A stretch of DNA of 42,081 bases from a virus. Lineage: Duplodnaviria; Caudoviricetes. This document shows positions 26,601-34,517 of this stretch, piece after piece. The stretch's first letter is position 1. Each line of letters starts with the position of its first letter. Where the stretch lies: positions 1 to 42,081 of the IMG/VR virus record IMGVR_UViG_3300046786_000240. One strand, written 5' to 3'. The position numbers and the translations under genes were made by a program. The notes beneath the pieces are model-generated. The model ran no database searches, was not told the origin of the DNA, and saw only the letters and a program-made list of their open reading frames with translations.

Positions 26601-27223
26601 TAGGCGATGCTGCTGGCGGCCTCGCCGATTCGCGTCGGGTCGCTGTCATCGCCGCGGATCAGGTCGGAGAATTGCAGCGGCCGGTTGGCGCCGAAATACG
26701 CCCACGTCTTGCCGGCTGCGAGCTGACGGATTGGGGTCTGGCCGAACGCGATCCGACCAGTGCCAATGCGCTGAATGTCGGAGGCGCCGATCACCACCAG
26801 CATCTGCATGAACTGGCTGGAGCCTTCGCTGTGGACGGCCGACCACACCAGCGAGCTGGCCACGCGCACGCCGCCGGTCGGGTTGTCGTCCACATTGCAG
26901 TAGACGAGGTTCACCGGGTCGCCGTACTTCGCCAGCTCCTGCTGTGAGTTGAAGCCGAACCGCGGCGCGAACACCTGATCACGGCGCTGCCGCTGGTTTT
27001 TCGGCTCCTCGGGCTTGGGTGTTAGCAGGTAGCTGACGGCCTGCAGGATGATGCCGACCACCGCGAGGATGATCGAGATCGGTTCGGCGCGCAGTTCCTG
27101 CAGCTTCTCCTCACGCGATCGCGTGAAGTCGTGCTGCACCGCCAGAAACTCGAGGTATTCGTCTTCTGAGACCTTGAGGATCTGGATGAGCTCGTGCTCG
27201 TAGGGCAGCAGCTTGCGCGTCAT
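23630..27223 (-). CDS. Tail tip/central fibre protein (gpJ-like)
   Basis: 1197 aa, after the K-like gene; YGDPVNLVY, LFNQGNI, FRVTEV..VSVKAIE motifs. Confidence 0.75.
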   Translation of the reverse strand: MTRKLLPYEHELIQILKVSEDEYLEFLAVQHDFTRSREEKLQELRAEPISIILAVVGIILQAVSYLLTPKPEEPKNQRQRRDQVFAPRFGFNSQQELAKYGDPVNLVYCNVDDNPTGGVRVASSLVWSAVHSEGSSQFMQMLVVIGASDIQRIGTGRIAFGQTPIRQLAAGKTWAYFGANRPLQFSDLIRGDDSDPTRIGEAASSIAYRPTLIGDNHLDGFSQAFSPSTMTRFGVYAPIPINVVYIDRDEDGREQDAPLGVEITGLESYWPLNVLNDARPVVPVGQRMTLIFRQIGSGGSDTARAAKELRRTLSSYIDAASTYKLGSAKFRVAAPIKNVELEDGAMRVSMECIEAGICPAEDYGTEDFKKNGREAQREIILLQDELTALNDQLLRNEPILLPGTSGIQQRLQEIQSLKDLIDDLTDRKWTTQELDYLLDNAELFDDRVREFAARVDSLRDRRKTLRDQIEDELDKPSAQRNRTRIAQWRSELADTNRRLKKEQARLGKAFEQYGFADGVIPGRGKTLKQEKRWLNNRERELNYEISQITANANNLDLPAMTARDASLRSQIATKQSRIDYLTRYLENPNSWNDYFNTKCLVKMEEAGYETITECRVVDFALKAKVFKRIQGRAPKYGKEKVERFRDSDNGTKVRAAFFWLRYRRTGAEWSRLPYIFAVRRGADVDNFMSLKFIAGDNIGNWQFRFDPIAEPAAEMQFHGFADFAYIENSGDVNIIPGPAGGQFTFLGSIRSRQGLKPPINVNPYEVDEWGLFSMRSDTQTSFSFEGGPEFSISAVTEQRIEAFANYPNLYSGLTLLGFNAYSGQGIQDLRSLSVFTLEGKKLRRLRDNGTYPAQPDGSSSYAPDIFLDTILDGENGIGRFAKVGGVDLQALALAKRFCRQNQLFMDGVIAEQVPWRQFWADVAPFSLLELGRVGGRETLVPAVPCDDAGNITRQVTISALFNQGNILEDSYREEFLDFGSSVQDLIASVIYRDTEIDGVFPRNRSVEVSRADALEANSVRQTFDLSQYVTNRSQAILFGKLLCNQRRHIRRAIEFSTFPTDSVLEPGSYIYVAIGENQWDQVSTGVVEAGGVLNTPIGQVPNGSGLKALVYQSGSAVVSVDSVTVTNGTAAALAPYVGRLFVLGTSITRKRVFRVTEVQMDEDGQVSVKAIEHPCVQSGAETLSLIASFADSGFTIR

Positions 27224-27597
27224 CGATCCATCCAGAAGTAGCGCGCCACGCCATCAGGCAGCGGCGCCTGAACCACATTCTGCCCCGGTCCGATGAACAG
27301 CAGCGCCCGGCCGAGGCAGGTGCCGAGTGCGGTGCCGCTTCCGGCTGGCAGCAGTGCCACTGCGCCGCGCTGCGGGCGCTTCAGCGGGCTGCCGTGCTCG
27401 AGCACCCAGCGCACGATCATGGAGCGCGGGAAGGTCTCTTCGTTCCAATCGCGGTAGACCCACTCGAAGCGCTCGCGGTAGCTGGTGAGCCCGAGGCGAT
27501 CGCGCACCTCGCACGCCAGCTGGAAGCAGTCGGTGAGCCCGCTGCCATCGCCCGGCCGGTGTCCCCAGCCGTAGCCGAGTCCCACCAGGTCATTCAT
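27220..27597 (-). CDS. NlpC/P60-like tail assembly protein (gpK-like)
   Basis: LVGLGY.WG..DCFQL; synteny. Confidence 0.7.
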   Translation of the reverse strand: MNDLVGLGYGWGHRPGDGSGLTDCFQLACEVRDRLGLTSYRERFEWVYRDWNEETFPRSMIVRWVLEHGSPLKRPQRGAVALLPAGSGTALGTCLGRALLFIGPGQNVVQAPLPDGVARYFWMDR

Positions 27598-28058
27598 CGC
27601 AGGTAGAGCTCCGAGTTGAGCGGCAGCGGTCCCACCATGTCGCGGGTGAAGCTGCGGCCGGGGAAGCTAGAGCCCACGCTGTCGATCGCCGAGCGGAAAC
27701 GCAGCTCGATGGTCGTCTCGCTGAAGCTGGCGCCGAGGCCGATGTAGTAGTCGGTGGCGGTGTTGGTGATTGCGCCGGCAGCGTTCAGCCAAGCGGTTGT
27801 CAGGGTCAGTTCGCTGAGCCGGTTGCCGTTGCCGCGCTCCACCAGCACCAGCGCGAAGTCCACATGCGGGAACAGCACCTGCAGCTGCGCGTTCTCGCCG
27901 TTCAGCGTGGCCAGCGCACCCTCTGCGCGAAATGGCGCGAAGAAGTAGCTCTCGCTCTGCAGGATGGCGGTCTGCGCCACGAAGTAGTTCTGGTAGCGGT
28001 GCGTGACGCCATCGGTCGTTTGCAGCTTGAAAAACTGGCAGATGCGGATCTCGGTCAT
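27594..28058 (-). CDS. Minor tail protein (gpL-like position)
   Basis: Synteny; Y.FAPF and FPGRSF motifs. Confidence 0.6.
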   Translation of the reverse strand: MTEIRICQFFKLQTTDGVTHRYQNYFVAQTAILQSESYFFAPFRAEGALATLNGENAQLQVLFPHVDFALVLVERGNGNRLSELTLTTAWLNAAGAITNTATDYYIGLGASFSETTIELRFRSAIDSVGSSFPGRSFTRDMVGPLPLNSELYLR

Positions 28059-28447
28059 CAGAAGTCGAGCTCTCCGATGAGGGTGATCGAGACACGGCTG
28101 CGGCCGGTGTAGACCGACTGCACTTCAGGCGGCCCGGCATACTCCCAGCGGATGCTGGTCGGTGCCTGGATGTAGCCGCGCAGCGTGGTGGTCATGCCGG
28201 CGAACAGGTCAGCCGGCAGCGTGAAGCGATCAAAGCCACCGCTGGAGGCGTTGTAGTGCGCCAGCAGCTGTTCGGTGGTGGCGTCGGAGATGTTGTCGAA
28301 ACCGAGCTGCAGCTCGTAGCCGCTGGCGCGGTTGCCGAAGGCGCGCTTCACGGTTGCACCCGACAGCGCCCGGTAGGTCTTCACCGGAAAGCTGCCGAGC
28401 TTGAAGGCTCGGGTAGTCGGCTTGATCCCAGGGAACTGCTCAGCCAT
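28058..28447 (-). CDS. Distal tail protein (gpM-like)
   Basis: Directly after the tape measure; typical size. Confidence 0.6.
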   Translation of the reverse strand: MAEQFPGIKPTTRAFKLGSFPVKTYRALSGATVKRAFGNRASGYELQLGFDNISDATTEQLLAHYNASSGGFDRFTLPADLFAGMTTTLRGYIQAPTSIRWEYAGPPEVQSVYTGRSRVSITLIGELDF

Positions 28448-31400
28448 CAGCGCAGCCCCACGCGGGTTCGGGTGGACGGGCTCTGCTGCAGTTTATCGAG
28501 CGTCATGGTCATGCCACGCTTGGCACCGTCGCGAGATGCAGCACGCCGGGTTTCGGCCATGGCCGCCTCCAGCTGATCGCGGCTGACGTATTCGACGCCG
28601 CCGATGTTGGTGCTCTGGAAGCTCATGTTCAGCACCGGGGCGCCCATGCCCTGCGTCGGCCCTGCACCCATGGCCTCGCGCATCTTGTCCTGCCCCTGCA
28701 GCGCCACCGGGATGCGGCGCCCATCAGGCAGCGGCACATAGGCCTCGGGCTTGCTGCCCTCGCCGTAGAGCGCCAGCTGCGGCCGGTTTGCGATGCCGCC
28801 CTGTGAATACTTCTTCAGCGGTGCAGGTCCGCTGGAGGTCATCACGCCGCCGTTGGCGAAGCCGAAGCCGGGGAACAGCGAGTTGAGGCCGAAGCGCAGC
28901 AGCGCACTGCCGATCTGCTTCAGCACGCCGGCTGCGATCTGCTTCAGCTGCTCCTCAAGATCTTCGGCGCCGGTCATCGCCGCCTCGATGGTGGCCTCGA
29001 TGCCGCCGATGATCCCCTCCGCGATCGTGCCCTTGATGTTGCTGTAAAGCTCCTTGATCTCAGCGGCGCGCTGTTCGCTCTTCTCGCGCTCCTCGCGTGC
29101 CTTTCGCTCGGCATCGGCCAGCTCGAGCGTCTTGTTCACCAGCTGCCCCTGCAGGTTCAGCCGGTCCTCGATCGCCTGCACCTGCTTCTCAAGCTCCTGC
29201 CGCAGGGCACTGTCCACCGGCAGCGTGGCGATCTTCGCCTGCAGCTCGGCCTCCATCGCCAGCAGCTTCTCCTGCTCAATCGCGGCCGTCGCTTCCAGCT
29301 CAACCCGCTGCTTGGCGATCTCAGGGCTGATGCCCTGCTTCAGCAGCTCGAAATAGCGCACCTCATCGCGCAGCTTGTTGCCGGCAGCCTTTTGCTGGCT
29401 GCTGAGCGCATCGGTGATCGCGCCGTACTTCTGCTCCAGCGCGGTGATGGTCTGCAGCTCGTTCAGCCGCTGCTGCTGACTGGCGAGCGCACCCTGCGCG
29501 GCGCTGAGGTTGGCACCGGCCTGCGTCACGCCGGCCATCGCCGGAGCGGTTGCCGGTGGCAGCGCAGGCGCCATCGGGGCAGCACCGGCACGCATGGCCT
29601 GCGGCAGAAACTGCTTGTAGGCGCCGGACTTGAACACCGACCACGCGCCAAAGCCCTGGCTCTCAAACACCTTGCGCGCGGCGCTGGCGTTCACCGCCGG
29701 ATCGAACAGCGCCTCATTGCTGCCGATGCCGAAGGCCTGCCGCCGCTGCGGTCCCATGCGGCCGAGCATGTTGACCTGCCACAGGCCGTAGCTGTTGTCG
29801 CCGGTGGCTGCGTTGTTGTTGTGCGCGTTGCTGCGCCCGCCAGATTCGGCCATGGCGATCGCCGCCATGATCGACGCATCGCGGTCGTTGAAGCCGGCCG
29901 CCAGCGCCAGCGCCTTCAGCTGGCCGGCGTTCAGCTGGCCGCGGCCGACAGAGCCGGGAATCAGCCGGTTCGGTCCGAGCGCACCACCAGCACCGCCTGC
30001 GCCGCCGAGCGTGGCAGCAGCAGCCTCGGCGCCGGTCTTCATCTTCTCCGCCAGCTTCTCGCCTGCGTCCTGCAGGATGTTGCTGACCTGGCGCGCGTAG
30101 GCCTCCTGCAGCTTGCCGATGCCCTCGGCCACGCTGATCTTGAACTCCTCCAGCCGGCGCTGCAGATCGGTCTGCGCATCGACGGCGCCGCGCTCGTTTT
30201 CAATCCGCTGCTCGTCATAGCGGCGGAAGATCTCCTTCACCTCCTTGGCGGTCTCAATGCCCTCGGTGGAGAGCCCCGCAGCTGCCAGCCGCTGACGCTC
30301 GGCCTCGAGCGCGCGATCCTCCAGCGTCTGCTGCAGCTTGGTGCGCGTGTCGGCAATCTGCCGCTCGATCTTCAGCCGCTCATCGGCGAGATCACGCTCG
30401 AGCTCCATCGCGCGCTTGATCGTCTCGCGCTGGAAGTCGGCGATCTGCTCGGCGTTGCGCTGCGCCGCATCCGCCAGCTTCTCCTCCGCATCCTTGCGGG
30501 TCTTCAGCTCATCCTGCAGCGCCTCCTCGCGCGCACGCTGGCGGGCAGCCTCACGCTCGGCTGCTGCGGCTTCACGCGCCTCGCGCTGGTCGGCTGTCGG
30601 GTTGTCGCTGAACGCACCCATCGCGCGCTGGCGCCGCTCCGCCTGGAACTGGTTGAACAGCTGCTCGCTGCGCTGGTTCTGGAAGCGGTCGATCTCAAAG
30701 CCGTAACGGAAGAAGCCGCCGATGCCGAACTTCTGGCTGGCTTCCTTCTGCGCTTGGATGGTGGCGCGGATCCGGTCTGCCTCGCGCTCCTGTGAGCCTT
30801 CAGTCAGCCGCAGCGCATCAGACACCCGCTGCAGCGCGCTTGTGAAGCCACGCAGCAGCGCGATCGCGGTCGGTCCGAAGGCCTTGGCGATGCCTTCGCC
30901 CGCACGCCGGAGCTCCAGCTGCAGATCAGCCAGCGCCTGCCGGCCGGTCTGGAACTGCGCGTTGAGCTTGCCGACCTGCGTTTCCTGCAGCTTGCCGAGT
31001 GCCCGCAGCACCACGTCGGTGGTGACTTCTCCCTCGGATGCCAGCTTCTTCAGCTCACCGATTGAGACGCCGAGCTCCTTGGCGATCGCCTGCGCCGCCA
31101 GTGGTGCCTGCTCACGGATGGAGCGCAGCTCCTCACCCTGCAGCACGCCGGATGCCAGACCCTGCTTCAGCTGGATCAATGCCGCGCTGGTTTCCTGCGC
31201 CGTCGCGCCGCTGTTGCGGGCTGCGGCTGAGAAGCCGATGAAGGCCTTCTCAAGCTCCTGAATGGTGATGCCAGTCGGGCGCAGCGAGGCGTAGAGCGAG
31301 GCGAAGCTGCCCTGTGCCTCGGTGTTGCTGATGCGCAGGGTCTGCGCGATCCGTGCCGCCGCTTCCTGCGCCTGGTTGTATTCGCCAAATTCGTCAGAGA

Positions 31401-31848
31401 GCGCCTTCAGCCGCACCTGCGCGCTCTCGGCCTCGAGCCCCACGTCGGCGATGTACTTCACCGCCAGCGCTCCGCCTGCAGCCGCCGCAAGGCCGCCAAG
31501 GCTGCCGCCCATGGCGAGCAGCCCGCCGCCGCCCTTGGTGGTGCCCGTCAGCTTCGCCTGCTGCTTCTGCAGCTTCTCCAGCTCGGAGGTGTAGAACTTG
31601 AACTGCCGGCTGCCGATCTGCGCTTCGTTGCGCAGGTTCGTCATCACCGTGATCTGACGTTGCAGCGAGTTGAGCGAACCACCGGCCGCCTGCGCCAGCT
31701 TCTTGTTCGCTGCGTAGAGCCGATCGAGATCCTTGCTGCTGCGGTTGGCCTGCTGCGCCATGCCCTGCAGGCCGCGCTTCAGCTGATCGAGCCCCTGCCC
31801 TTCCAGCTTGGCGGTGAACTTGATCGCAGTGTCGAGGGTCATCGCCAT
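28447..31848 (-). CDS. Tape measure protein with lytic transglycosylase domain
   Basis: Tape motif QLKQGLASGVLQGEELRSI; coiled coils; AIAMAESGG..SYGLWQVN; FANGG C-terminus. Confidence 0.9.
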   Translation of the reverse strand: MAMTLDTAIKFTAKLEGQGLDQLKRGLQGMAQQANRSSKDLDRLYAANKKLAQAAGGSLNSLQRQITVMTNLRNEAQIGSRQFKFYTSELEKLQKQQAKLTGTTKGGGGLLAMGGSLGGLAAAAGGALAVKYIADVGLEAESAQVRLKALSDEFGEYNQAQEAAARIAQTLRISNTEAQGSFASLYASLRPTGITIQELEKAFIGFSAAARNSGATAQETSAALIQLKQGLASGVLQGEELRSIREQAPLAAQAIAKELGVSIGELKKLASEGEVTTDVVLRALGKLQETQVGKLNAQFQTGRQALADLQLELRRAGEGIAKAFGPTAIALLRGFTSALQRVSDALRLTEGSQEREADRIRATIQAQKEASQKFGIGGFFRYGFEIDRFQNQRSEQLFNQFQAERRQRAMGAFSDNPTADQREAREAAAAEREAARQRAREEALQDELKTRKDAEEKLADAAQRNAEQIADFQRETIKRAMELERDLADERLKIERQIADTRTKLQQTLEDRALEAERQRLAAAGLSTEGIETAKEVKEIFRRYDEQRIENERGAVDAQTDLQRRLEEFKISVAEGIGKLQEAYARQVSNILQDAGEKLAEKMKTGAEAAAATLGGAGGAGGALGPNRLIPGSVGRGQLNAGQLKALALAAGFNDRDASIMAAIAMAESGGRSNAHNNNAATGDNSYGLWQVNMLGRMGPQRRQAFGIGSNEALFDPAVNASAARKVFESQGFGAWSVFKSGAYKQFLPQAMRAGAAPMAPALPPATAPAMAGVTQAGANLSAAQGALASQQQRLNELQTITALEQKYGAITDALSSQQKAAGNKLRDEVRYFELLKQGISPEIAKQRVELEATAAIEQEKLLAMEAELQAKIATLPVDSALRQELEKQVQAIEDRLNLQGQLVNKTLELADAERKAREEREKSEQRAAEIKELYSNIKGTIAEGIIGGIEATIEAAMTGAEDLEEQLKQIAAGVLKQIGSALLRFGLNSLFPGFGFANGGVMTSSGPAPLKKYSQGGIANRPQLALYGEGSKPEAYVPLPDGRRIPVALQGQDKMREAMGAGPTQGMGAPVLNMSFQSTNIGGVEYVSRDQLEAAMAETRRAASRDGAKRGMTMTLDKLQQSPSTRTRVGLR

Positions 31849-31851
31849 GGA

Positions 31852-32178
31852 TCAACCCTCCTTTGCCATCGCTGTCAGTGCCGCGCCTTCCATGACCTGC
31901 AGATCCTCCAGGAGAGAGCGCGGCTCCTTCACTTCGTACAGTCTAAAGAGCCATTCCAGAGCGCCGTAATCGAGCCCGATCGGCCCGCCCATCGACGTGC
32001 GCCACTGCGTTGAGATGCGCAGGAACATCAGCACCGCATCCCAGTTTTCAGGCCATACCTCAAAATCTTCGGATGAGGCCTGCTCGGGCAGATCGAGCCC
32101 GAACGCAGCCGCATCATCCTGTGACTCATCTACGACGCCGCCGCCGGCCCAGTGCTCGGCGGCCTCGGTCAGTTTTTT
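31852..32178 (-). CDS. Tail assembly chaperone GT extension (DUF1799-like), read by -1 frameshift
   Basis: VWPENW..F..STQWR..GLDY..DLQVME; -1 frame after a slippery site. Confidence 0.8.
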   Translation of the reverse strand, partial: KKLTEAAEHWAGGGVVDESQDDAAAFGLDLPEQASSEDFEVWPENWDAVLMFLRISTQWRTSMGGPIGLDYGALEWLFRLYEVKEPRSLLEDLQVMEGAALTAMAKEG

Positions 32179-32513
32179 CGTTTGCCCTTCGCCAGGCTCT
32201 CCAGCCATGCGGTCACCACGGCCGCGGCGACCAGAGGCACGTTCAGCAGGTCGGCCTTGGCCTTCTCGCTGAAGCGCACCTCCTCACCCTTGGCGTCCTG
32301 GATGCCCTTCCAACCGGTCAGCACCTCGGCGCACAGCTCGTCATCGTTGAGATCACCGGCCTGGATCAGGTCCCAGATCTCGCGGATGCGCTGCTGTGGC
32401 AGCCGCTTGAAGACTGCATCGAAGGATTGTTTCTCGAACCGGCCACCATCGATGGGAAATTCGACAGTGACCGGCCAGCTGTAGCTCTCAGTCTGAGCGA
32501 GAACAAAAGCCAT
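32169..32513 (-). CDS. Tail assembly chaperone G
   Basis: Between tube and tape measure; VLTGWKGI.D..G; ends KN. Confidence 0.8.
   Translation of the reverse strand: MAFVLAQTESYSWPVTVEFPIDGGRFEKQSFDAVFKRLPQQRIREIWDLIQAGDLNDDELCAEVLTGWKGIQDAKGEEVRFSEKAKADLLNVPLVAAAVVTAWLESLAKGKRKN
32172..32178 (-). other. -1 programmed frameshift site A AAA AAC
   Basis: CGA AAA AAC TGA at the end of chaperone G; the -1 frame continues KLTEAAEHW. Confidence 0.8.
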
Positions 32514-32529
32514 GCAGTAGCTCCGTGGA

Positions 32530-33465
32530 TCAGGTGTAGACCAGGCTCAGCTCATCGTTGCCGGCGCTGGTGGGCACCGCAACGTAGGGCAGGTTCAGCA
32601 TCTGGATGCCGTCCTGGTCAGAGTAGCTGGGGTTAGCAATGTCGGACTGAGCCGTCGTGAAGGTCACGATGTTGCCGGCCGTGCCGCCGTGCTGGAAGCT
32701 GATCGAGCCAGTTGAGGAGCCCGTCGCGATCGCGAAGAAGTCCTTCGTGGCGATGCTGGGCGCCTCGATCACCACGTCGCCGGCAGGCGCGCGGTTCACG
32801 ATCAGCGACTCCTTCGTGCAGCCCACCAGCTCGCGGTAGACCACCTCGTTCGCCATCTGGAAGCTCAGGGACTGCAGGCAGCCGCTGTAGCTGAAGATGG
32901 AGAAGTTTGAGGTGTTGCCGTTCTTGAAGATCAGCGGCGCCGACTGGTTGGCATAGGTGGGGCTGGGCAGCGCCTCATCGGTCGGGGCGTTGTAGATGCC
33001 CGTCATTGTGAAGGAGATCACCGGGATCTGCCCCACCTCGGCGTTGAGCTCAAAGGTGCCGCGGCAGCCGGTCACCTTGTGGCGAATGCCGTCGTTGTGG
33101 AAGTAGATCGTCACCGAGCTGAAGCTCGCGCTCACCGGCGCATAAGTGACGCTGGTGGTTGCCACCACGGTCTCGGACAGGCCGCAGGCCTTCAGCACCG
33201 GACCATAGGCAGGCGCAGTGCCGGCAGCGCCGGAGCCGGCCAGTTCCACCTCAAAGGTCACCTCTACGCGGGTCTGCGCCAGCAGCTGATCGCTGTTGCC
33301 CAGATACGGACGGATCAGGTCGCGGGTAACGGTGTCAGCCTGCAGCGGGGTGATCTCGAGGTTCCGCACCAGGATGGCGTTCGCCGCACCGGTCGGGGTG
33401 GGATCGGTCCCGTAGGTGGTTTCAGTCTTCGCCAGAATCAGGCGTTTGCGGCTCAGGAGCGGCAT
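32530..33465 (-). CDS. Major tail tube protein
   Basis: ETTYGTDP, LKACG, GCRGTF motifs; synteny. Confidence 0.85.
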   Translation of the reverse strand: MPLLSRKRLILAKTETTYGTDPTPTGAANAILVRNLEITPLQADTVTRDLIRPYLGNSDQLLAQTRVEVTFEVELAGSGAAGTAPAYGPVLKACGLSETVVATTSVTYAPVSASFSSVTIYFHNDGIRHKVTGCRGTFELNAEVGQIPVISFTMTGIYNAPTDEALPSPTYANQSAPLIFKNGNTSNFSIFSYSGCLQSLSFQMANEVVYRELVGCTKESLIVNRAPAGDVVIEAPSIATKDFFAIATGSSTGSISFQHGGTAGNIVTFTTAQSDIANPSYSDQDGIQMLNLPYVAVPTSAGNDELSLVYT

Positions 33466-33598
33466 TGCTCGTTACCTCTTCTTGGGGTTCGGAGGAATTG
33501 GCCGGCTCTGTCCGCTCGATGAGCTTCCGTTTGCCGGTTTTGGAGTCCAGCAGGTAAGTCCCGCCCTGACCCCAGTATTCATCGACCATCGTAGCCAT
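33422..33598 (-). CDS. Small hypothetical protein
   Basis: DEYWGQGGTYLLDSKTGKRKLIERT, between terminator and tube genes. Confidence 0.6.
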   Translation of the reverse strand: MATMVDEYWGQGGTYLLDSKTGKRKLIERTEPANSSEPQEEVTSNAAPEPQTPDSGED

Positions 33599-33600
33599 GA

Positions 33601-34026
33601 TCAGCTCGCCAGATTTGTGACGGAGGTTCGATACATCACACGATAGTCGCACTGGATTTCTCCAGCCGCGCCGTCCGCTTCTGTGAAGTTGAAGGTGACA
33701 CCGATCGGCTGCACATCGATGGCGTAGCCGCCGAGCGTCAGGTCGGCCATCACCTTCCCGTGCAGGCTCTCGATGATCGGATCCGCGAGCTGATCAGGTG
33801 GGGCACCGCGCACGATCACCGTGATGCGCACGATCATCGACCAGTCGAGCGTCGGCAGCGCCGTGTTCTGCGCCGCCGTGTCGCTCAGCGGCTCCACCAC
33901 CAGCGCCGGGCTTTCGGCACGGCTCACCGGTTCCACGCGGCTGCGGTAGATCCGCGTGCCCACGCCGGTGGTGCCCGCCAGCGCAGACGTGACAGCAGCC
34001 AGAACTCGCTCGCGCTTGGTGGTCAT
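33601..34026 (-). CDS. Tail terminator (gpU-like)
   Basis: RE.VL..RIYRSR..PALVV..DLTLGG; synteny. Confidence 0.75.
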   Translation of the reverse strand: MTTKRERVLAAVTSALAGTTGVGTRIYRSRVEPVSRAESPALVVEPLSDTAAQNTALPTLDWSMIVRITVIVRGAPPDQLADPIIESLHGKVMADLTLGGYAIDVQPIGVTFNFTEADGAAGEIQCDYRVMYRTSVTNLAS

Positions 34027-34301
34027 ACCTTCTGCAATCCGATCTCAACGAAGGCGCCGTCATCGATCAGCCGCGTCTCGCGCACCGTGTAGGCCACGCC
34101 AGCCACCGTGATCGCGTCGCCGTATTTCAGGCCGCCGAAGTCGGCGTTGCGCGCCGTCAGCGAATAGTCGGTGCTCAGCACCATGTCGCCAGAGATGATC
34201 TGGCTTGGCATGTCGAGGATGCCCAACGCCGAAACGGCGCCAGCCGTGCAGCTGACGCCGAAGTCGTTCAGGAAGCCGTTGAGGTCTTCACTGATCGCCA
34301 T
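34023..34301 (-). CDS. Head-tail joining protein (gpFII-like)
   Basis: FLNDFG..GD.ITV.G..YTVR..DDG; synteny. Confidence 0.75.
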   Translation of the reverse strand: MAISEDLNGFLNDFGVSCTAGAVSALGILDMPSQIISGDMVLSTDYSLTARNADFGGLKYGDAITVAGVAYTVRETRLIDDGAFVEIGLQKV

Positions 34302-34479
34302 CAGTCGCCTCCGGCTTGGGCTTGCGCGCAGCCTTGGGCTTGGGCTCCTCAGCACGCGCCTCAACAGCGCGGCCGATGCGCAGCAGCTCGGCTGCCACGT
34401 CGCCGGCCAGCTCGTAGACCTTGCCCTCCTCAAGGTGTTGGCCTTGAGCGGCACAGCTGCGGTTGATCAGAACCTTCAT
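34288..34479 (-). CDS. Small gpFI-like/head accessory protein
   Basis: 63 aa after the capsid; G.VYEL..A.ELL..GRA. Confidence 0.6.
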   Translation of the reverse strand: MKVLINRSCAAQGQHLEEGKVYELAGDVAAELLRIGRAVEARAEEPKPKAARKPKPEATDGDQ

Positions 34480-34482
34480 CAG

Positions 34483-34509
34483 AAAAAAGGGGGGCGGTTG
34501 CCCGCCCCC
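34483..34509 (-). terminator. Rho-independent terminator after the capsid gene
   Basis: GGGGGCGG-GCAA-CCGCCCCC followed by a U tract. Confidence 0.85.
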
Positions 34510-34517
34510 GGCTCCTA

